This document shows positions 56,396-64,000 of a stretch of DNA of 64,000 nucleotides, one piece after another (positions within the stretch are counted from its first letter, which is position 1; each line of letters opens with the position of its first letter). The position numbers were made by a program, and so were the translations under genes. The notes under the pieces were generated by a model, which worked only from the letters and a program-made list of their open reading frames with translations, had not been told where the DNA came from and made no database searches. Location of the stretch: positions 3,091-67,090 of the forward strand of contig JBEIHC010000001.1 in assembly GCA_040381555.1 (NCBI GenBank), read 5' to 3'. This DNA comes from Bacteroidia bacterium (lineage in GTDB: Bacteria > Bacteroidota > Bacteroidia > J057 > RFSG01).

Positions 56396-57317
56396 GCAGT
56401 TGTTGGAAAAATTTCCCCAATACAGGGACATAGTCTTTGGAAGTATCTATAGAAAGCAGAAACACATGCTTTTGACGACTAATTTCTTCCAGGTTTTTTT
56501 GAATACTGTCGAGATAGGTTTTAGAGTTTCGAGCAAATAAGTTTCCACCTGCACTGAGCCAGCGAATGATGCCGGCTTCATTGTCTCTAACAGGAAGAAT
56601 GCCTTCTCGATGATTTATAATTTCAGAAGGGTGGTAGAGTCGGATTAATATCACTTCATGTCGGCGCGATAATTTTCGAATACTTTCTTCATAGCCTGCA
56701 TCCATGAAGTCTGAAATAACAATAACAACAGATCTTTTTTTCTGAATGCTTCTAAAAAATTCTAGTGCTTGTTTGAGATTGGTTTTTGCATGTGCAGCTT
56801 GGAATTCCAGCATATTACTCATCATAGATAAAATATGCGAGCGTCCTTTGACTGGGCGATAAAATTTTTCCACCTGATCTGAAAAAAGCAACAGTCCGAA
56901 ACGGTCATTGTTTTTCATAGCTGAGTAAGCAAATATTGCAGCTAACTCTGTGGCAATTTCTTTTTTGTTTTGTCCTTCAATACCAAAATCCAGTGATCCG
57001 CTCGTGTCCAGAATGACAAACAATTCTTGTTCTCTTTCTTCTCTAAATAATTTTACATAGACAGTGTCACTTCTTGCTGTTACATTCCAATCAATGGAGC
57101 GAATATCATCTCCAAATTGATAGGCTCGTACTTCATCAAATTCAAGACCTTGCCCTCGAAATGCAGAGCGATATTCACCCGCAAACGAGGAATCCACGAT
57201 TCTCCGGATTTTGATATCCAGCTTTTTGACTTTATGAAGAATCTCTTTCACGGGGAAGCAGGACAAAATTCGTATTTTTGCAGGTATATAACAATGTTTG
57301 GAACTTTTTCCCTCCAT
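56376..57317 (-). CDS. DUF58 domain protein (MoxR-associated VWA-like)
   Basis: The DDIRSIDWNVTAR motif is characteristic of DUF58. Confidence 0.85.
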   Translation of the reverse strand: MEGKSSKHCYIPAKIRILSCFPVKEILHKVKKLDIKIRRIVDSSFAGEYRSAFRGQGLEFDEVRAYQFGDDIRSIDWNVTARSDTVYVKLFREEREQELFVILDTSGSLDFGIEGQNKKEIATELAAIFAYSAMKNNDRFGLLLFSDQVEKFYRPVKGRSHILSMMSNMLEFQAAHAKTNLKQALEFFRSIQKKRSVVIVISDFMDAGYEESIRKLSRRHEVILIRLYHPSEIINHREGILPVRDNEAGIIRWLSAGGNLFARNSKTYLDSIQKNLEEISRQKHVFLLSIDTSKDYVPVLGKFFQQLHAAHSK

Positions 57318-57327
57318 TAAAAATTAA

Positions 57328-57747
57328 ATGCATGGATTTAAATTATTGAGGGTGCAGGATTTATCTGTAAATTTATTTTTAGGGGTACTATTGAATTTGG
57401 TTCTTTTCCTCTTCGGATGCGGGGAGAAGCAGGCTTCAACCGTTATGGCTGCAGAATCATTTAGGCCTTTACTCAAAGAAATGCTGATTGCGGAGAGTGG
57501 GGTAGAGGCTCTGCCTTTAAGTTACACGGAAAAAAAGGAAGCTCGTGAACAGAGGTATCGGCTTATTTTTCAAAATGCAGGTATATCCGCTGAAGATTTT
57601 TTTAACAGCTTTGAGTATTATCGTATGCAACCAGAAATAATGGACACCCTGTATGCCCATATTCTGGATGAGTTAAACGAATCACTCATGCAGCAGCGTA
57701 TGACCATCAACCCAGGTTTGGATTCTAGTCTCCTCAATCGTCCATGA
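57328..57747 (+). CDS. DUF4296-like small lipoprotein
   Basis: Lipobox LFLFGCG. The family assignment, based on the FFNSFEYYRMQPEIMDTLYAHILDEL region, is from memory. Confidence 0.45.
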   Translation: MHGFKLLRVQDLSVNLFLGVLLNLVLFLFGCGEKQASTVMAAESFRPLLKEMLIAESGVEALPLSYTEKKEAREQRYRLIFQNAGISAEDFFNSFEYYRMQPEIMDTLYAHILDELNESLMQQRMTINPGLDSSLLNRP

Positions 57748-60125
57748 AGGTTTATCCTCCAGACGCAGCAGAACGCTTAGGCTTTGATACCATACTTCGG
57801 GAATTAGCGCGTTTATCGGAGACTGATCCTATCCGAGAACAATTTTTGCATCTTCAGCCCAGTCATAATCCTTTATTAATTCGGGAGAGCCTGGTTCAGA
57901 CCAAAGCCTATATGCGCTTATTGATGCAGGCTGAGTATCCCAGAGATATTGTTTTTAGAGAGATTCAGCCTTATCTGAAAAAAGCTCTTCCCCAAAATGC
58001 CTGGTTGAGTGCAGAAGAGATTTTTAGAGTCATTTTATGGTTGCGAACTTTAAGAGTGTTATTGGCTTTTATAGAAAAAAAGAAGGATGATTTTCCAGAA
58101 TTGTTGGCTTTAATTCCTGCTGCTGAGCGTCCATTTGGCTTGCAGGAATTTTTGGCGGGTCATTTTACCTCAGAAGGTCAATTAAAAGATAATGCCAGTC
58201 CTGAGTTAGGTCGCTTGCGAAAAGGTATTTTGGAAACGGGGCATAAAGTAAGGCGACTAACCGAAAAAATACACAAAGCAGCCAGGGATCAAGGCTGGTC
58301 GGATGCTCGAGAGGTAAGTATTCGCAATAATCGTCTGGTTATCCCCTTGAATGCCGATTTCAAAGGACGGATTGAAGGATTTGTGCAGGATGTTTCTCAG
58401 TCGGGACAGACTATTTTTATAGAGCCCGCGGAGGCTCTTCCGCTTAACAATGAATTGAGTTTATTGCAGCTCAAAGAGAGGCAGGAGATTATTCGAATTT
58501 TGACCGATTTGACAGATCATCTACGAGCAAAAATGCCGGAGTTGAAGGTTTGGGAAGAATGGTTACAAAAAATGGAGATTTTGCAGGCTCGGGCTAAGTT
58601 TTCGACTAAAATTCAAGCAGATATTCCCCAGTTAGATCCCTCAGGTGATTGCCTGAAAATTGTTCAAGGCCGAAATCCATTACTAGTTCTGCAAATTCAG
58701 CAGGCGGTTGTGCCTTTAGATTTAGATTTGAACCGTCAGCAAAGGATATTATTGATTTCGGGACCGAATGCGGGCGGGAAATCTGTTGCGTTAAAAACGG
58801 CTGGGATATTACAATGGATGGTACAATGCGGATTACCAGTTCCCGCCGATTCCTCTTCCATTTTTCCTGTATTAGCTTCTTTGTTTACAGTTGTAGGGGA
58901 TGGGCAGTCGATTGAAAATGATCTAAGTACTTATACGGCACATTTAAGTCATATGCGGTATTTGTTGGAGCGAGCCCATGAGTCCTCTTTATTTTTGATA
59001 GATGAGTTTGGTTCGGGAACGGATCCCCGTTCAGGAGGACCCATTGCAGTGGCTTTGTTGGAGGCGCTCGTTGAACAAGGCGCGCTTGGTATTGTTACAA
59101 CACATTATAGTGATTTAAAGCAACTTGCGCGTCGAAATCCTGCTGTTCGGAATGCTGCCATGCATTTTGATTTGAAAGATTTTAAGCCTTCTTATCAGCT
59201 GGAAATGGGGCATGCCGGAAGTAGTTATGCTTTTGAAATTGCCCGGAAAGCCGGAATTCCGGAATCTGTACTTCGAAGGGGAAAGACCCTAATGGGAAAG
59301 GCACCTGCGGAAACGGAAGAATTATTAACCGCCTTAAATCGAGACAAGGAAGAGATACTTAAGCTACAGGAGAAATTAGGAATTGAATCTCTGGAGAATC
59401 AAAAAATAAGGGATAAATTAAATCAGGCGGAAAGAGAAGCCAAGGAGAAAGTCAGGAAACTAATTGCCGATGCACGCGAGCAGGCTAGGGGAATGTTAAC
59501 CGAAGCTTCCAAAAAAATTGGAGAATTAGTTCAGGAAACGAGGGAGAAGCAATTAGAAAAAAAGGTTGCCAAAAGCATACAGAAGGAATTGATGAGTTTT
59601 ATTCCGGATATTGATCAGGGAGAGGAAGTTTTTCTGGAGCCAATACCTGGATTTAAAGAAGTAATCGGAGTAGATCCTGTTATAGGAGATCGGGTAAAAT
59701 GGTTCAGTACCGGTGCAATTGGTAGGGTGCTGGATATTCTGAATGGAAGATTTGTTATTGCCTTTGGAGATATTCGAACCTCTTTGAAAAGAGAAGAGAT
59801 TATTCTCTTAAAAACGGAAGAAGATATTTCTAAAATTAAGGTAGAAATTTCTGCGCAAACTCGAGCTGATCATAAAATGAATGCGACAATCACTTTGGAT
59901 ATTCGGGGTCAAAGAATGGAACCTGCGCAATTGATGTTGCAAAAATTTCTAGATGATGCTTTTGTGAATGGCTTGCCTTTCGTTCATATTATCCATGGAA
60001 AGGGAAATGGGATTTTAAGAACCATGACTCGGGATATGTTGAAACGGGCACCTGGGGTGAAGCGGGTAGAAGAACCGCCCATTGAGCAGGGCGGGGCAGG
60101 GGCAACGGATGCTTATTTTAATTGA
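57744..60125 (+). CDS. mutS2: Endonuclease MutS2 (MutS domain V plus C-terminal Smr)
   Basis: Walker A GPNAGGKS, DEFGSGTDP, and a C-terminal Smr domain (LDIRGQRMEPA...IIHGKGNGILR). Confidence 0.93.
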   Translation: MKVYPPDAAERLGFDTILRELARLSETDPIREQFLHLQPSHNPLLIRESLVQTKAYMRLLMQAEYPRDIVFREIQPYLKKALPQNAWLSAEEIFRVILWLRTLRVLLAFIEKKKDDFPELLALIPAAERPFGLQEFLAGHFTSEGQLKDNASPELGRLRKGILETGHKVRRLTEKIHKAARDQGWSDAREVSIRNNRLVIPLNADFKGRIEGFVQDVSQSGQTIFIEPAEALPLNNELSLLQLKERQEIIRILTDLTDHLRAKMPELKVWEEWLQKMEILQARAKFSTKIQADIPQLDPSGDCLKIVQGRNPLLVLQIQQAVVPLDLDLNRQQRILLISGPNAGGKSVALKTAGILQWMVQCGLPVPADSSSIFPVLASLFTVVGDGQSIENDLSTYTAHLSHMRYLLERAHESSLFLIDEFGSGTDPRSGGPIAVALLEALVEQGALGIVTTHYSDLKQLARRNPAVRNAAMHFDLKDFKPSYQLEMGHAGSSYAFEIARKAGIPESVLRRGKTLMGKAPAETEELLTALNRDKEEILKLQEKLGIESLENQKIRDKLNQAEREAKEKVRKLIADAREQARGMLTEASKKIGELVQETREKQLEKKVAKSIQKELMSFIPDIDQGEEVFLEPIPGFKEVIGVDPVIGDRVKWFSTGAIGRVLDILNGRFVIAFGDIRTSLKREEIILLKTEEDISKIKVEISAQTRADHKMNATITLDIRGQRMEPAQLMLQKFLDDAFVNGLPFVHIIHGKGNGILRTMTRDMLKRAPGVKRVEEPPIEQGGAGATDAYFN

Positions 60126-60191
60126 TTTTTTGGGGGTATTCCCCAATACCTGACTCGTATTTTTTTGAACCCAACTCTTGACCTCTAATAG

Positions 60192-60391
60192 GTTTAGGGT
60201 AAACTGAGGTTTAGGGTAAACGGAAGTTTAGGGTAAACGGGAGTTTAGGGTAAACGGAGGTTTAGGGTAAACGGAAGTTTAGGGTAAACGGGAGTTTAGG
60301 GTAAACTGAGGTTTAGGGTAAACGGAAGTTTAGGGTAAACGGAAGTTTAGGGTAAACGGGAGTTTAGGGTAAACGGAGGTTTAGGGTAAAC
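60192..60391. repeat. Tandem array 2: 12 perfect copies of GTTTAGGGTAAAC at a 17-bp period with purine-rich 4-nt spacers
   Basis: Cores start at 60192 and recur every 17 nt up to 60379. Spacers are tgag, ggaa, ggga, ggag, ggaa, ggga, tgag, ggaa, ggaa, ggga, ggag. The array lies between the mutS2 stop (60125) and the adhesin ATG (60484). Confidence 0.97.
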
Positions 60392-60464
60392 CCTCCATCT
60401 GAACCGTCCACCATTCTATTCAGACCATTCAAATGCCTGAGTATTACAGCGTGAGATTAATTTG

Positions 60465-60472
60465 TAAATTTG
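60465..60472 (+). promoter_or_regulatory. Bacteroidota -7 box candidate (TAAATTTG)
   Basis: Matches TAnnTTTG and ends 11 nt before the ATG at 60484. Confidence 0.35.
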
Positions 60473-60483
60473 ATTGATATACA

Positions 60484-63400
60484 ATGATTGCTATCCCCTA
60501 TATAGAATCCATTATCCCATTACGCCAAATTTATTGGCGGTTTTGGCTATTGGTTTCGATATTGGGAATTGGGGGGTTAAGTTTAAATCCTGTTAAAGCT
60601 CAAGTTACTGCTGGAGATTGTGGTGCCGCAGTTCCGGTTTGCACGAATTTGAATTTTCAAATCAGTCCGAATGGATTTGGTTCTCTGAATGAGTTGGGGA
60701 TTGGTACGATTAGTAATCCTTCCATTAATCCAGCGAGTGGAAATATGGGATGCCTATTAGCGGGAGAACAAAATTCAACTTGGGTTCTCGTTAATATTGC
60801 TCAATCTGGTACTTTACAATTTAGTTTTGGCAGCCCGGGTCCTGTTCAATGTTTTGACTGGATAATGTGGCGTTATACCCCCGCAACCTGTAATCAAATT
60901 TTAAACAATACAATAGCACCTATTCGCTGTAATTGGAATTCTCCTTGCAATTCATTCACCGGCATGGCCTCTCCAGTTCCCCAGGGTGGAAACTCCACTA
61001 ATTTCGAACCTCCTTTACCTGTGCTATGTGGTGAGCAGTATTTGGTTTGTTTTTCCAACTATAGTTCTGCGGTTACTTCTGTTCCCTTGAACTTTTTTGG
61101 TACTGCAGTAGTAAGCTGTTCCCCAACCAATATAATGACGGTGACTGCTAGTCCTAATCAAATCTGTTCAGGAGCGTCCACCACTTTAAATGCCAGTGGA
61201 GGGTCCAATTATACTTGGTCACCAGCTACAGGACTATCTTCTACCACAGGTTCCCCTGTAACTGCAACTCCGACATCCACAACCACTTACACAGTGACGG
61301 GTCAAAATGGCTGTGGTACAGTGAGCCAGTCTGTAGTGGTGACTGTTATTCCTGCACCCATTATTTCAGTTAGTACGACCATTCCTACCGTTTGTCTTCC
61401 CTGCAATGGGTCCGCATTCGCTTCTGTATCAGGGGCAACTCCCCCCATTTTATATAGTTGGTCACCGACAGGAGGGAATCAACCTACTGCGAATAATCTG
61501 TGCCCAGGTACCTATACCCTAACCATCAATGCTGGTGGGTGTGTAGGGTCTCAAACGGTTGTACTACCTGAGCCTTATATCATTCGTGGTACTTTCGCTA
61601 CTACTCCTGCTGATTGTGGATTAAATAATGGAACTGCAACAGTTTTTAATATCACCGGAGCAGTATCGCCCTATACGGTAACTTGGAGTACCTCTCCCGT
61701 TCAATCGGGAAATACAGCTACAGGATTGCCTTCGGGCAATTATACTGTCACCATTCTGGATGCTAATAATTGTCGTAAGGATACCTTCATTTTTGTTCCC
61801 CTAAATTCCAATTTGAATGCAACTACAGGCAGTACTCCATTGAGTTGTCCCAATTCTACGGATGCGACCGTCAGTGTTTCCCCTACAGGAGGGACACCAG
61901 TTTATACAATAACCTGGAATACCACTCCTGTGCAATCGGGATTAACAGCCACAGGATTGGGTGTCGGAAATTATACTGCCACTATTACCGATCAAAATAA
62001 TTGTTCTATCATTCGTTTGGTTCAAATAGTTAGACCACCCGGAATGACGCTTACTTCCACCTATATACCGGTGAGTTGTTATAATGCTTCAGACGGAATG
62101 CTATCTGTTGTGCCCGGCAACACAATTGGTCCGTATCAATATTCTTGGAGTACAGTACCAATCCAATCCACTGCTACGGCTACTGGAGTTTCTGCTGGTT
62201 CTTATCAGGTAACCGTAACGGATGGTGTCGGTTGTTGGGAACGCGATACCATTATCCTAACGAATCCTCCTTCATTGGCTTCTACTGTAACTTATACTAT
62301 GCCCACCTGCTTTGGGGGAATTAATGGGAGTGCCGGTGTTCAAATCCCTCCTAATCTGTTAAATATTTCCTTTACTTGGAATACAGTTCCAGTGCAAACC
62401 ACTCAAGTTGCAGGTGGCTTGAGTGCTGGATCCTATTTTGTCATTGTATCTAATCGTACGGGTTGTGCAGATACGGTCAATTTTGTTCTGCCCCAACCAT
62501 CTGCCATTAATCTGAATTCAACTTTTGTGCCAGCAACCTGCTTGGGTTCTTCGAATGGTACGGCTTCTGCAATAGTAAGTGGAGGGACAGGTGCATTTTC
62601 CTATTCTTGGCAAACCATTCCGGTACAAAATACTTTAACTGCTACGGGTTTATCTGCTGGTTCGTGGAAAGTGGTTGTTACGGATGCAAACACCTGCTCA
62701 GATAGCATTTGGGCAAGTGTAGGGGAGTTACCAGATTCTATTTTGTTGCAATGGTCAGCTACTCCGGCAACTTGTAGGCTAGATTCCAATGGAACCGCCA
62801 GTGTTCAAGTCGTGAATGGAAGTGGGGTATATCAATATTTATGGTTTACCCAACCCACACAAACCACCCAAACCGCGACTGGATTAAGCCCAGGTTCTTA
62901 TCGGGTTCGGGTCGTGAATTCTGCTGGATGTGTGGGGTCGACATGGGCAACTGTACCGGTTGTACCCGCAATGACATTTGTCACCCAGGCATTTGATCCA
63001 TCCTGTTTTGGGGGGAATGACGGTCAAGTACAAGTTCAAGTTAGCAATGGTGCTCCGAGTTACAGCTATACATGGAACACCAGCCCTATTCAAACTAGTT
63101 CGACAGCAACAGGCTTAAGTTCTGGTACCTGGAATGTGATCGTTCGGGATGCTAATAATTGCAGAGATACGCTCCTTATTGCTCTAAATCAGCCACCGTT
63201 ATTGACAATTACAGCAACCGCCAGTCCAGCCTCTTGCTATGGTCGCTCCGATGGTGCTGCTGTTTCATTCGCCTCGGGTGGGACTCCCGGGTATTCTTAT
63301 ACTTGGAACACGAGTCCAATTCAGTCTTCCAATTTGGCAACTGGACTTACCGCAGGAGTATATACAGTTACCGCAAGAGATCAACAAAATTGTATTGCCT

Positions 63401-64000
63401 CTGCCCAAATATGGGTACAGCAACCTGCAGATATAATCGTTACCACAAACTATACGATGCCCTTATGTTACCAGGGAATGGATGGGGAAATGAGCGCACT
63501 TGCTTCTGGTGGGCTTGCACCTTATATTTATTTATGGAGTAATGGCCAGACAGGGGCTTTGGCCACCGGATTAAGTACAGGTACTTGGTCTGTTATTGTA
63601 ACAGATGCTTTGGGTTGTTCCGCAGTGCATTCCCGATTTTTGCCCGAACCAAGTGAGTTGTTGATTCAGATGAGTGGTATTGATTTAACCTGCGATGTAC
63701 CTCCTGATAATGGCATTGCATCGGTATTTGCTAGCGGAGCTTCAGCGCCTTACACCTATTTATGGAATGGAGGAGGGCAAGTAACTCAGGCTTGGAATAC
63801 AGGTATGCCTGCGGGCACTTGGACAGTTGTCGTAAGTGATCGAAATAATTGCAGTAAAACAGATAGTGTTATTTTAACTGCTCCGGTTTTACCTGTAGCT
63901 TTAACGGCACCCGATACCTATAAATGTGCGGGCACTGGCATGGTTCCCCTGCAAGGATGGGGTAGTGGAGGAGCAGCACCTTATTCTTATTTATGGTTCC
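60484..64000 (+). CDS. Very large SprB-repeat cell-surface protein (gliding/adhesin-like), 3'-truncated by the window edge
   Basis: Hand translation gives an uninterrupted frame from the ATG at 60484 to the end of the window (over 1170 codons). It has a signal/TM segment and a Cys-rich N-terminal domain. It then has at least 13 units of about 76 aa of the form C..(S/N)DG......GG..PY.Y.W......T..ATGL.AG.Y.V.V.D..GC. It is absent from the ORF track because no stop falls within the window. Confidence 0.9.
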   Translation, partial: MIAIPYIESIIPLRQIYWRFWLLVSILGIGGLSLNPVKAQVTAGDCGAAVPVCTNLNFQISPNGFGSLNELGIGTISNPSINPASGNMGCLLAGEQNSTWVLVNIAQSGTLQFSFGSPGPVQCFDWIMWRYTPATCNQILNNTIAPIRCNWNSPCNSFTGMASPVPQGGNSTNFEPPLPVLCGEQYLVCFSNYSSAVTSVPLNFFGTAVVSCSPTNIMTVTASPNQICSGASTTLNASGGSNYTWSPATGLSSTTGSPVTATPTSTTTYTVTGQNGCGTVSQSVVVTVIPAPIISVSTTIPTVCLPCNGSAFASVSGATPPILYSWSPTGGNQPTANNLCPGTYTLTINAGGCVGSQTVVLPEPYIIRGTFATTPADCGLNNGTATVFNITGAVSPYTVTWSTSPVQSGNTATGLPSGNYTVTILDANNCRKDTFIFVPLNSNLNATTGSTPLSCPNSTDATVSVSPTGGTPVYTITWNTTPVQSGLTATGLGVGNYTATITDQNNCSIIRLVQIVRPPGMTLTSTYIPVSCYNASDGMLSVVPGNTIGPYQYSWSTVPIQSTATATGVSAGSYQVTVTDGVGCWERDTIILTNPPSLASTVTYTMPTCFGGINGSAGVQIPPNLLNISFTWNTVPVQTTQVAGGLSAGSYFVIVSNRTGCADTVNFVLPQPSAINLNSTFVPATCLGSSNGTASAIVSGGTGAFSYSWQTIPVQNTLTATGLSAGSWKVVVTDANTCSDSIWASVGELPDSILLQWSATPATCRLDSNGTASVQVVNGSGVYQYLWFTQPTQTTQTATGLSPGSYRVRVVNSAGCVGSTWATVPVVPAMTFVTQAFDPSCFGGNDGQVQVQVSNGAPSYSYTWNTSPIQTSSTATGLSSGTWNVIVRDANNCRDTLLIALNQPPLLTITATASPASCYGRSDGAAVSFASGGTPGYSYTWNTSPIQSSNLATGLTAGVYTVTARDQQNCIASAQIWVQQPADIIVTTNYTMPLCYQGMDGEMSALASGGLAPYIYLWSNGQTGALATGLSTGTWSVIVTDALGCSAVHSRFLPEPSELLIQMSGIDLTCDVPPDNGIASVFASGASAPYTYLWNGGGQVTQAWNTGMPAGTWTVVVSDRNNCSKTDSVILTAPVLPVALTAPDTYKCAGTGMVPLQGWGSGGAAPYSYLWF

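Noticed and set aside
60127-60150. Hairpin ttgggg-gtatt-ccccaa just after the mutS2 stop as an intrinsic terminator
   Set aside because: The stem is only 6 bp and no T-run follows directly (the T7 run is about 15 nt further on). It is possible but not supportable without 3'-end data.
53616-60391. Telomere-like sequence: each core contains TTTAGGG, the plant-type telomeric heptamer, and TTAGGG.
   Set aside because: The unit is 17 bp, not 6 or 7 bp. The arrays are internal to a bacterial gene-dense region and flanked by ordinary genes. The resemblance is best treated as coincidence arising from the palindromic core.
53616-60391. Composite transposon or genomic island bounded by the arrays
   Set aside because: No transposase, integrase, tRNA target or phage/plasmid genes are present. 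The cargo is conserved housekeeping-type (yggS, mutS2, DUF58/BatA), and the repeats are not in simple direct or inverted relationship.
62601-63542. Track ORFs 62601..62789(-), 62884..63093(-), 63159..63542(+) and 63239..63436(+)
   Set aside because: All lie inside the uninterrupted SprB-repeat reading frame that starts at 60484. Their translations lack any repeat logic, whereas the main frame shows a clear ~76-aa periodicity.

Overview
This is a moderately AT-rich chromosomal segment from a Bacteroidota-type organism. The lineage call rests on many T9SS C-terminal sorting domains, SprB repeats, TAnnTTTG-type promoter boxes, the Bat/DUF58 module and ECF sigma cassettes. All functional calls come from motif recognition in the supplied translations; no database or HMM search was possible. 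Most of the window is ordinary housekeeping and envelope genes (acs, trxA, trxB, nuoN, CCA enzyme, CBS, HtrA, dut, gatA, tatA, yggS, mutS2 and others). I found no tRNA, rRNA, CRISPR array, transposase or integrase. Five things stand out. (1) Two 200-bp arrays (53616..53815 and 60192..60391) each hold exactly 12 perfect copies of the 13-nt core GTTTAGGGTAAAC at a strict 17-bp period. Their 4-nt spacers are pyrimidine-rich in one array and purine-rich in the other. The arrays bracket a 6.4-kb yggS-batA-DUF58-mutS2 block, and a degenerate 2-unit relative lies at 44417..44445. (2) Four tandem paralogous TMTC/DUF1736-like membrane glycosyltransferase-TPR fusions (36700..44294) sit next to a DUF2723/TMEM260-like gene and a GT39/PMT_2-like gene. 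Bacterial look-alikes of all three animal protein O-mannosyltransferase families therefore occur within about 18 kb. (3) An 825-bp highly structured non-coding island lies at 34845..35669. (4) Diverged ~170-bp direct repeats, each carrying a conserved small hydrophobic ORF, flank a sensor kinase/receiver pair. (5) A very large SprB-repeat adhesin gene runs off the right edge and is absent from the ORF track.
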